Assembly (NCBI GenBank): GCA_963422395.1
Contig: OY729431.1
Span: forward strand, 1,024,001 to 1,088,000
DNA: 64,000 bases
Reading direction: 5' to 3'
DNA from: Vicinamibacteria bacterium
Lineage (GTDB): Bacteria > Acidobacteriota > Vicinamibacteria > Marinacidobacterales > Marinacidobacteraceae
Position numbers and translations under genes: made by a program. The stretch's first letter is position 1. Every line of letters begins with the position of its first letter. The notes beneath the pieces were generated by a model that was not told the DNA's origin, searched no databases, and worked only from the letters and a program-made list of their open reading frames with translations. This document shows, in pieces, positions 1 through 7,915 of this stretch.

Positions 1-749
1 AGGCGGGCCGCCGCTGCGGGCGGCATCCCCCGCCAGAGCGAGACCGAGAGCGCTGCCGCGAACACATCGCCGGCTCCGGTCGGGTCCCTCTCGAAGGCCG
101 GTACCGGCGGCACCTCGGCGTCGGGCCGGCCCGGACGGCGCAGGACGGCGCCGCACCGCCCGCGGGTGATCGCGAGCAGCGGGACCGAGAGCGCCGGACC
201 CTCTTCCCGGCATTCTTCGAGTTTTTCGAATTCTCCCGCGGAGAGACAGCACAGATCGAGCCCGGCGAGCCGGGTGTCCAGCCCCTCCGGCCGCGAAACC
301 GAGACCCTTCCCTCGCCGTCCCAGCGGCGCAGGAGGCCCTGCGGCGCACAAGCGGCGAAGCTCCCCTCGCCGGCGGGCCGGGGCAGGGGGCCGCTTCCGC
401 CGAGTTCCCTCGCCACCGGGGCGTAGAGGACCGCCGACCCCGGCGGCAACCCGGCGGCCGCGCGGCGGATCGCGGCCTCCGGGATCACCGCCGCCCGGCT
501 CAGGATTCGCTGTTCCCGCGCGCCGTCTTCGCGGTAGTCGTTGTGGAAGCGGGTCCGGTCGGAAGAGGTGAGGCGCCGGATCGAGATTCCGGCCAGCGCC
601 TCGAGGAAGGGGAACTCTCGGTCCACCGCGGTCAGGATCGCAGTGGGGGCGCCGAAGCGATGCGCGAGCAGTCCGGCGAAGGCCGCGGCACCGCCCAGTC
701 GGGAGCCCGCCGGGGTCCGATCTTCGCTGAGGTGGCCCACCACCAGCAT
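1..749 (-). CDS. PfkB/ribokinase-family carbohydrate kinase (runs off the window start)
   Basis: Not in the ORF track. Manual translation from ATG 749 gives MLVVGHLSED...LGGAAAFAG... and the C-terminal PfkB signature DPTGAGDVFAAA (about 52-100). Confidence 0.85.
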   Translation of the reverse strand, partial: MLVVGHLSEDRTPAGSRLGGAAAFAGLLAHRFGAPTAILTAVDREFPFLEALAGISIRRLTSSDRTRFHNDYREDGAREQRILSRAAVIPEAAIRRAAAGLPPGSAVLYAPVARELGGSGPLPRPAGEGSFAACAPQGLLRRWDGEGRVSVSRPEGLDTRLAGLDLCCLSAGEFEKLEECREEGPALSVPLLAITRGRCGAVLRRPGRPDAEVPPVPAFERDPTGAGDVFAAALSVSLWRGMPPAAAAR

Positions 750-798
750 CCGGGCGCCGCCGGATTCCCTAGAATCGTCCCCGCGTTCCCCCCTCGTC

Positions 799-1377
799 AT
801 GCTCGTCTGGACCTCGCTCGTCGTCCGGGGAAAACGTCGTTCCCTGCTGTCTCTCTCCGGAATCGTTCTCGGCGCGCTCTTCTTCTTGCAGCTGGCCCGC
901 TTCTACGGCTGGAGTCTTCCCTGGATCGTCCTCGGCGTGGTGGTGGGACTCTTCGTCGTGAGGTCGATGGGGGCGACGGTGTGGTTTCTTTCCCGACACC
1001 CGTTCGCGTCCGGTGATCTCGGACTCAGCGAAGCTGCGGTTCCCGGCGGTGCGGTCCGCTGCGCGGTGCGGATCCTTGCGCGCCGCGCCGTCGAGATCGA
1101 AAAGTTGCAGATCACTCTGACGGCGGAGAGCCGCGACAGCGCCGGCACGACGAAGCGCCTCTTCACGGACAGCCGGGAGCTGCTGGAACGCACTGCGCTC
1201 CCTCCCGGCGGCGATCCGCTCGAAGCCGCCGCGGAGATCCCCCTGCCGGAAGATGCGCCGTTGTCCTACCGGTCGTTCGAGGGCCGGGTTCGCTGGCTCG
1301 CCCGGGCGCGTCTCGAAGTGTCGGGTTACGGCGCCTTCGAGGAAGAGATCGAGTTCCTGGTGGCGCCGAACGCCTGA
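799..1377 (+). CDS. Hypothetical membrane protein (two N-terminal TM helices, C-terminal beta-rich arrestin/Spo0M-like domain)
   Basis: ATG 799 lies inside ORF 541..1377. Hydrophobic segments, and a 'LPEDAPLSY..GRVRW' arrestin-N-like motif. Confidence 0.65.
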   Translation: MLVWTSLVVRGKRRSLLSLSGIVLGALFFLQLARFYGWSLPWIVLGVVVGLFVVRSMGATVWFLSRHPFASGDLGLSEAAVPGGAVRCAVRILARRAVEIEKLQITLTAESRDSAGTTKRLFTDSRELLERTALPPGGDPLEAAAEIPLPEDAPLSYRSFEGRVRWLARARLEVSGYGAFEEEIEFLVAPNA

Positions 1378-1422
1378 AGAAGCCGGGAAGACTCCTAGGT
1401 TTCGCCGCCGGCTTCCGAACGA

Positions 1423-1854
1423 TTACCGCTCCGGTTTTTTCCAGTCGAGCGGGTTCGGGCGATAGCGGGGTTCTGCCCAGGGAGTCTCCGCCACGGGCAG
1501 AGCGGCGGTGGGGGCCGCTCCGGCTCCGGGAGGCTCGCCGGAGTCCGGGTCGGTTCCCTGAACGACGGCCAGATACTCGAGGATCTGCTCCCGGACTTCG
1601 GGTTCGAGCGGTGGCATCCCCATTCCCAGCATCAGATCGAGGATTCCGTCCCATTCGCCGCGCGCGAGTTTCAGGGAGACGATGTAGCTGTCGTCGTGGC
1701 AGTAGAGACAGTTCTCGCGCACGAGTTCCACCCCCTCGCCGTCCTTCAGAGAGTCGGCGGGGGGGAGCTGCGGCGACGGCGCCGCAGCGAAAGCGGAGAC
1801 CGGCAGCGAAATCAGAACGGGCAGGGCGGCGAATACCGCGCCGAGGGGCCGCAC
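1423..1854 (-). CDS. Monoheme cytochrome c, SorB-like partner of sulfite dehydrogenase
   Basis: Signal peptide, CxxCH (CLYCH), distal Met (GMGMP); directly downstream of the Mo enzyme. Confidence 0.85.
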   Translation of the reverse strand: MRPLGAVFAALPVLISLPVSAFAAAPSPQLPPADSLKDGEGVELVRENCLYCHDDSYIVSLKLARGEWDGILDLMLGMGMPPLEPEVREQILEYLAVVQGTDPDSGEPPGAGAAPTAALPVAETPWAEPRYRPNPLDWKKPER

Positions 1855-1855
1855 T

Positions 1856-3082
1856 TCAAACCACCGTGACCGCGATGCGGTGCATGGCGTTGTTCAGGTA
1901 GCCGCGCGGGTTCCAGCCGGGCGTCACCATCGGCTGCTGACGGCCCCGGTGGTCGGTCGCCCGCGCCCAGACCTCGTAGTGGCCGGGGATGTCGAAAGCC
2001 ACCGAGCCTTCGAAACGCTGCCAGGCGAAGCGGTTCTCGGGCTCTTCGAGGCGGCACTCGATCCAGCGGGCGCCGAAGTCCGCGCTCACCTCCATCGCTG
2101 TCACCGGTCCACCCCCGGCCCAGGCCCAGCCGTGGACGGAGAGCGGGCCCGCCACCGGATGCCGCATCCCGGTTCCGGGACGGGTGATGACGGATTTCAC
2201 CGGCATCTCGCCGATGATCTCCATGTCCTCTTCCGGAACCTCGGCGCCGGGGGACACCGGATAGCGCGGCATCCGGTAGGAATGACCGGTCATCTTCGGA
2301 CCGTCGTGCACCCGGTCGCGTACCCACAGTTGGCGCAGCCACTTGCCGCTGGCCGAGGCCGGGAGACCGGGAGCGACGAGGCGGAGGGGAAAGCCGTGGT
2401 GCGGGGGCAGGGGCTCGCCGTTCATCTCCCAGGCGAGCAGGGGAGATTCCTCCATCGCCTTCGAGATCGGCAGCCCGCGGGAGATGGGGATCTGGTCCGG
2501 GTCACCGCTCAGGTGCGGGTCTTCGCCGTACCAGGCGAGATAGACGGCGGTGTCGAGGATTCCCGCGGCGTGCAGCACATCGCGGAGCCGGACTCCGGTA
2601 TAGCGAGCGCAGCCGACCGCGCCCAGCCACCACTGGTTGCCCGAAGTTCCCGGCGAGAATCCAGCCCTGCCGTTTCCGGCGCATTCCAGCACCAGCGCCC
2701 GACGGACATTCTCGAAGCCCGAGATCAGATCCTCGAGCGAGAGCGTCAGCGTCTGCTCGACCTCTCCGACCACTTCGAGCGACCAGCCCTCGAGCTCTCC
2801 GGAGAGCGCGCGGGCGGGCACATCTCCGTTGTTCCGCACGAAGTGTTTCTCGTTCGGAGTGAAGCGGGGATCGAGGTCGGTCACCCAGGTCTCGGCGTTC
2901 ACCGGGCGCTCGCTGAGGACTCGGAGATCGCTCTTGCCCTCGACCGACCCAACGGACCGGGCGGCCTGCTGTCCGCGCCGGGGAGACCCCGCCCCCGAAT
3001 GCGCCGGAAGCGCCGCGGCGCCGATCGCGACCGGCGCCGTTCCGAGGAACCGCCGTCGCGAAAGGGCCGCTCCCGGTTCCAT
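1856..3082 (-). CDS. Sulfite oxidase-family molybdoenzyme (SorA/SoxC-like), Tat-exported
   Basis: SRRRFL Tat motif, HFVRN, ECAGNGR Mo-ligand Cys, HGFPLRL, WNPRGYLNN. Confidence 0.93.
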   Translation of the reverse strand: MEPGAALSRRRFLGTAPVAIGAAALPAHSGAGSPRRGQQAARSVGSVEGKSDLRVLSERPVNAETWVTDLDPRFTPNEKHFVRNNGDVPARALSGELEGWSLEVVGEVEQTLTLSLEDLISGFENVRRALVLECAGNGRAGFSPGTSGNQWWLGAVGCARYTGVRLRDVLHAAGILDTAVYLAWYGEDPHLSGDPDQIPISRGLPISKAMEESPLLAWEMNGEPLPPHHGFPLRLVAPGLPASASGKWLRQLWVRDRVHDGPKMTGHSYRMPRYPVSPGAEVPEEDMEIIGEMPVKSVITRPGTGMRHPVAGPLSVHGWAWAGGGPVTAMEVSADFGARWIECRLEEPENRFAWQRFEGSVAFDIPGHYEVWARATDHRGRQQPMVTPGWNPRGYLNNAMHRIAVTVV

Positions 3083-3650
3083 GGGGGGCGAATTCTATCC
3101 GACGGCGCGGAGGCGGCGACCTTTCTTCCCCCTGCTCTCGTACCGCACGCCTCTCCGCTCGCGCGCTTCATCCCCGGATGTATGGGCTCGCCGTTTTCGG
3201 TTAGAATCGTTGCCTCGTTTTTCTTCCGGGGCGGGTGTTCTGCTCCGGTTTTCCCCGACCTCCGGGGGATGCGCTCCGGATTCCGGAGCCATGCTTCGGG
3301 GTACCGCCTGGCTGCGCTGCTCGGCATGGTGCCGGGCAAGACTGAAGGCTCTGCTGGCTGGTGGTCAGGCAGGATTTCCGGCAGGGTCCTGACCTCGCTG
3401 TCGCGGCGAGGGGGTGGAAGAGCCCTTTCGCGGCGGCCGATCCTAAGTGAGGGTCTGACAACCGTCGGAAGTGCCATCCGCCGGGCGGGCAGCTGCCAGA
3501 AGGACCTGACGCTGCGCCCCTCCCGGGAGGGGCGTTCGGGGGCGAACCGAACGAGCGGAGCGACGGCTTCGCCGGGCGGCTCCTCTTCCTGTCCGAGATC
3601 CCGGACCGCTTCGGACACGGTCCCCACCCTGCGGAATGCTGATATCCGGA

Positions 3651-4238
3651 ATGAGCGAAGAACCCCTGCACCCTCCGCCTCCCGCTGCCGGAGGCTCGTC
3701 GGCAGAAGAAGCCTTTGCCGGAGCAGCCTTTCTGGCGAACGCCCGCTTCGAGTTCGGACGGCTCCGCCGCCTCGCCGAGGCTGCCGTCGCGCAGGTTCCG
3801 GACGATGCCGCGCTCCATCGCCGGCTGGCGCCGGACGGCAACTCCATCGCCATCCTCATGCGCCACCTCGCCGGCAACCTGCGCTCCCGCTGGCGGGATT
3901 TCCTCACCACCGACGGCGAAAAGCCGGATCGGAACCGCGAGGCCGAGTTCGAACCCTGCGATCGGCGAACCCGCGCCGAGCTCCTCCGCGAGTGGAACGA
4001 GGCGTTCGCCCTCCTCGACTCGGAGTTCGAAAGGGTCGCTCCCGGAGATCTCGATCGGACGGTGACGATCCGGGGCGAGGAGTTCTCCGTCCTCGAAGCG
4101 GTCCAGCGGCAGATCGCACACCTCGCCTACCACACCGGGCAGGTCGTGTTGCTGGCCCGGGCCTCTGCGCCGGCCTGGAAGTCGCTGTCCATTCCTCGGG
4201 GCGCCCCGCCCGCCGCGGCGTACCGCTACCAGCGATGA
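3651..4238 (+). CDS. DinB/DUF1572-family protein
   Basis: NSIAILMRHLAGNLRSRW.DFLTTDGEKPDRNR.AEF and H..YH.GQ motifs. Confidence 0.85.
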   Translation: MSEEPLHPPPPAAGGSSAEEAFAGAAFLANARFEFGRLRRLAEAAVAQVPDDAALHRRLAPDGNSIAILMRHLAGNLRSRWRDFLTTDGEKPDRNREAEFEPCDRRTRAELLREWNEAFALLDSEFERVAPGDLDRTVTIRGEEFSVLEAVQRQIAHLAYHTGQVVLLARASAPAWKSLSIPRGAPPAAAYRYQR

Positions 4239-4918
4239 GCCCTCGTCCGTCGGGCTTGCCGTCCTGTTCGCCTCCTGGTCTGCCGCTTGGCTGGCATCCT
4301 GGCTTCCTGCTGATGCGGCTCCTTCCGGCGCTCCTCACCCTCGCGGCTATCGGCTGCGCCGGCAGCCGGCGTCCGCCCGCCAGCCCTGCGGACGGCGTGG
4401 AGTTCGGTCAGGCATCCTGGTACGGGATCGAGGAGAGAGGGCGGCTCACCGCGAACGGCGAAGTGATGGACCCCGGGGCGATGACCGCGGCGCATCGCAC
4501 GCTGCCCTTCGGGGCCGTCGTCCAGGCCACCGACCTCGACACCGGACGGGTCGTCCAGGTGCGGATCAACGACCGGGGTCCTTTCATCGCCGGGAGGATT
4601 CTCGATCTCTCCCACGAGGCCGCCCGTCAGTTGGGGATGGTGCAAAAGGGCATCGCCCGGATCATGCTGACCGTCGTCGAACTCCCTCCGGGCCTGCCTT
4701 TCACCGTTCAGGTCGCGGCCTTCCGCACCTCGGCGGCTGCCGAGCGGCTCTCCGCTGACCTGCGGGCGAAGGGGTATTCCCTGGTGGAGATCCGCCGGAG
4801 CGGCAGCCTCCACCGAGTGCGGGTAGGCCGCTTTCGGCGCCGCGGGGATGCCGAATCCGTCGCCCGGGCGCTCCGGCGGCAGGGATACGAAACGCTGGTG
4901 CTGCGCGCCCGCCTCTGA
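4235..4918 (+). CDS. rlpA: Septal ring lytic transglycosylase RlpA with C-terminal SPOR domain (start may be 4313)
   Basis: Lipobox LAAIGC, GQASWYG, TAAHRTLPFG, INDRGPF, DLS, then SPOR (VQVAAF...RVRVG). Confidence 0.9.
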   Translation: MSPRPSGLPSCSPPGLPLGWHPGFLLMRLLPALLTLAAIGCAGSRRPPASPADGVEFGQASWYGIEERGRLTANGEVMDPGAMTAAHRTLPFGAVVQATDLDTGRVVQVRINDRGPFIAGRILDLSHEAARQLGMVQKGIARIMLTVVELPPGLPFTVQVAAFRTSAAAERLSADLRAKGYSLVEIRRSGSLHRVRVGRFRRRGDAESVARALRRQGYETLVLRARL

Positions 4919-5030
4919 TCGAGGGCGGTGAAGCCGGCCGACGAGGGAAAGAGAGCCGCGGGGACGGCCGCCGCCCGGCGGCGGGTGCGGGTTGCGCCGG
5001 CGGCGGCTCCTGCCGATCGGGTTCGCCGAT

Positions 5031-5627
5031 CTAGTTCAGGGGGATGTCCAGGAATTCGTGTTCGTAGATGGCTTCGCGGATCTGGGCTGGACTCGCCCCT
5101 TCGTCATGCATCTTCTTGGCCAGGAGGACCTCCTGGAGACAAGTGCTTCAAGTGGCCGCGTGGTTGTCCACATAGCAGTCGAGAAGGCTGCCGTGATCCT
5201 CGGCCTGAGAGTGGCACCCGCAGAGGCAGGGCAGCTGGACCAGCACTTCCGGGATCTCTTTGGCGAGCGCGTAGGTCGTGCGCAGCGCCTCATGGGTGTA
5301 GGTGTTCGGCGGCAGCGTGACCGGGAACGGCCGGGCCTCCTCGGGAGAGTCGTGGTACGGGAAGGACTTCGCCCCGGAGTGGGCGTCCGGGGCCAGATCC
5401 TGAGCCGGGTCTCGGGACAGCTCTTCCCTGCCGGCGGTGTCCGTGGTGTCGTCGCCGACGACGGCCACCAGGAAAACCGCCGCGCCGCCGACGAGAAACG
5501 CCACGGCCAGGAAGGGGGCGAAGCGAAAGCCCTGCTTCCGGGCGGACGACTCCGCCGGTCGGGCCGGGGGGAGCCCGGAGGGGGGTCCGGGCGGGCGGGA
5601 GGTCGAATGCGAGCGTCGTTTCTTCAT
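5031..5627 (-). CDS. PCYCGC/CYCXC-family membrane-anchored selenoprotein (in-frame TGA at 5150-5148 = Sec160)
   Basis: The frame continues past TGA: ...PCLCGC...DCYVDNHAAT-U-STCLQEVLLAKKMHDEGASPAQIREAIYEHEFLDIPLN-TAG. TGA occupies the first Cys of the family's CxxC. A SECIS hairpin follows; there is an N-terminal TM helix. Confidence 0.85.
5116..5147 (-). promoter_or_regulatory. Bacterial SECIS element
   Basis: mRNA UGA-AGCACUUGUCU-CCAGGAG-GUC-CUCCUGG-CCAAG: a 17-nt hairpin starting 11 nt after UGA, with an apical G-U and a CUUG/CAAG lower stem. Confidence 0.8.
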
Positions 5628-5653
5628 GGCCGGCCCCATATCCTAACAACCTC

Positions 5654-7819
5654 TTGGGCGACCTCTCAGGCAGGATCCGGATCTCCGGCGTGCTCTCCGG
5701 CGCGTCCATCTTCCTCGGCGCGCTGCTCCTCTTCGTGGTCCAGCCGCTTTCGGCGCGGAGCCTGCTCGCCTGGTACGGCGGGGCGCCGATGGTCTGGGCG
5801 GTCGCGCTCTTCTTCTTCCAGACCGCTCTCCTCGTCGGCTATCTCTACGCCCACCTGCTGGTGACCCGGGTCTCGCCCCGGCTCCAGCTCGCGATACACG
5901 GCGGGCTGCTGGCCGCCGCCGCGGTTTCGAGCCTGTCGCCCCTTCCCGATTCCAGCTGGGAACCGACCGGCGGCGAGGCGCCGGCGGCGTGGATCCTGCT
6001 GACCCTGCTGCGAACCCTCGGTCTGCCCTTGCTGGCGCTCGCGGCGACCACTCCGCTGGTGTCGGCATGGCGAGTCCGTTCCGGGGCGGGGCCGACTCGT
6101 TCCGGGGCGGGGCCGACTCGTTCCGGGGCGGGGCCGACTCGTTCCGGGGCGGGGCCGGCGGGCGGGAGCGTGTATCGGCTCTACGCGCTCTCGAACGCCG
6201 GTTCGCTCCTCGGCCTGGCGCTCTACCCGCTCGTGCTCGAGCCGCTGACCGGGCTCCGGGGGCAGAGCTCCTGGTGGTCCGCCGGCTTTCTGGTCTTCGC
6301 AGCCCTCACCCTCCTGGCCGGACTCTTCGCTGGCGTCCGGGCAGGCCGTCCGCAACCGAAGCCAGCGGCGGCCGATCCGCAAGCGATCGGGCCGCGCCCC
6401 GCAGCGTTCCATCCCGGCGCGTTCGGCCTGGCGGCGGCCGGGTCGCTGACCCTGGTGGCGGTCACCACCCAGCTGACCCGGGATGTGGCGGCGATTCCCT
6501 TCTTCTGGATCGTGCCCCTCGCAGGATACCTGCTGACTTTCATCCTCGCCTTCCGGGGGAGCGGCGCCCCGTATCCCCGCCGCATCCTGACGCCGCTCCT
6601 GCTGGTCTCGGTGGCGGCGTGCCTGTTCCTCTGGTTCCGCGATCTCACCGGGGAGCTCGAAGACTCGCTTTCGTCCCAGGCGGCGGCGGGACTCGCCTTC
6701 CTCTTCGCCGCCTGCTGGATCGCTCACGGCGAGATCGCGCAGCGGAAACCGGCGCCTGCGGACCTCACCGGCTTCTATCTCTCACTCACCGCGGGCGGCG
6801 CCCTCGGCGGCCTGCTGGCTTCGCTCGCGAGCCCGCTCGTCTTGCCGAATGTCTGGGAGTTTCCGCTGGCGCTCGTGCTGGCGGTCGGGATCGCTCTCTT
6901 CGCTCCCCGGCGTTCCCGGAAGCGCCGCTGGCCGCTGGTCCCGAAGGCGATCCTGGGAGCGGCGCTGGGAGCGGCGATCGCGGTGTCCGCGCTCGAGCAC
7001 CGGCGCCCGCTCGCCGCGAGCCGCAACTTCTTCGGGGTGATCCGGGTGATGGAGGCGTTCCCCGGTGCTCCGGACTGGCGCCGCGATCTCTGGCACGGCG
7101 GCATCGCCCACGGTTCCCAGTGGTTCGCTCCGGGGAGACGCCGAGAGCCGACGCTCTACTACTACGAGGGGACCGGGATCGAGGCGGCGCTGACCCGCCA
7201 CCCCCACCGGGAGCGGGGCCAGCCGCTGCGGGTCGCGGTGATCGGGCTCGGCGCCGGATCCCTGCTGGTCCACGCCGAGCCCGGAGATCTGTTCCGCTTC
7301 TACGAGATCGATCCGCAGGTCGTCGCGGCGGCGCGCGGATTCTTCACTTTCCTCGCCGATACCCCGGCGAGCGTCGAGATCGCGCTCGGCGACGGCCGGC
7401 TCGGTCTGCTCCGGGAAACCGACGATCCCGGTTTCGATGTGATCGTGCTGGACGCCTTCACCGGCGACGCCATTCCGGTGCATCTGCTGACCGCGGAAGC
7501 CTTCGATCTCTACGAGAGCCGTCTGGCGCCCGGCGGAGTGCTCGCCGTCCACATCTCGAACCGGCATGTGGACCTGGCTCCCGTGGTCCGGGCCCAGGCC
7601 CTGCGGCTGGGGCTGCTCTCCCTGCTGACGGTCGGCAAGCCCGACCCGGCCCGCTACCGGTACACCGCGACCTGGGTCCTGCTGACCCGGAACGGCGACT
7701 TCGTGACCGATCCGAGCGTGCTGGGCCGCGCCGAGCCGTGGGTCGGCGAGGCGGCGGCGCCGGGGCAGGACTTTCTCTGGACCGACGATTTCTCGAACCT
7801 GCTTCGCGTTCTGCGTTGA
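5654..7819 (+). CDS. Fused MFS-like membrane domain / spermidine synthase-like SAM-dependent transferase
   Basis: Many TM helices, YRLYALSNAGS, VAVIGLGAG, YEIDP, GDGR, DVIVLDAF, HISNR. Confidence 0.9.
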   Translation: MGDLSGRIRISGVLSGASIFLGALLLFVVQPLSARSLLAWYGGAPMVWAVALFFFQTALLVGYLYAHLLVTRVSPRLQLAIHGGLLAAAAVSSLSPLPDSSWEPTGGEAPAAWILLTLLRTLGLPLLALAATTPLVSAWRVRSGAGPTRSGAGPTRSGAGPTRSGAGPAGGSVYRLYALSNAGSLLGLALYPLVLEPLTGLRGQSSWWSAGFLVFAALTLLAGLFAGVRAGRPQPKPAAADPQAIGPRPAAFHPGAFGLAAAGSLTLVAVTTQLTRDVAAIPFFWIVPLAGYLLTFILAFRGSGAPYPRRILTPLLLVSVAACLFLWFRDLTGELEDSLSSQAAAGLAFLFAACWIAHGEIAQRKPAPADLTGFYLSLTAGGALGGLLASLASPLVLPNVWEFPLALVLAVGIALFAPRRSRKRRWPLVPKAILGAALGAAIAVSALEHRRPLAASRNFFGVIRVMEAFPGAPDWRRDLWHGGIAHGSQWFAPGRRREPTLYYYEGTGIEAALTRHPHRERGQPLRVAVIGLGAGSLLVHAEPGDLFRFYEIDPQVVAAARGFFTFLADTPASVEIALGDGRLGLLRETDDPGFDVIVLDAFTGDAIPVHLLTAEAFDLYESRLAPGGVLAVHISNRHVDLAPVVRAQALRLGLLSLLTVGKPDPARYRYTATWVLLTRNGDFVTDPSVLGRAEPWVGEAAAPGQDFLWTDDFSNLLRVLR
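6077..6157 (+). repeat. In-frame 21-bp tandem repeat (CGTTCCGGGGCGGGGCCGACT x3.9; RSGAGPT)
   Basis: Three perfect copies plus an 18-nt partial copy, seen directly. Confidence 0.95.
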
Positions 7820-7915
7820 TCCGGACGGGTCGAATCCCGATCGGACCCCAATCGGATCCCTGCTGGACGCGAAGGGCATAGGATTCCGCCTCCTCGACGA
7901 TACGGAGGGACTGCG

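Noticed and set aside
3320-3512. Cobalamin riboswitch or raiA-like fragments (GCATGGTGCC..., GCCAGAAGGACCTGAC)
   Set aside because: Only short resemblances; the conserved cores and their order are missing. Kept only as an unclassified candidate.
5031-5150. Nonsense-mutation pseudogene interpretation of the PCxCGC gene
   Set aside because: The TGA falls at a Cys position of CxxC, is followed by a correctly spaced SECIS-like hairpin, and selB is present.
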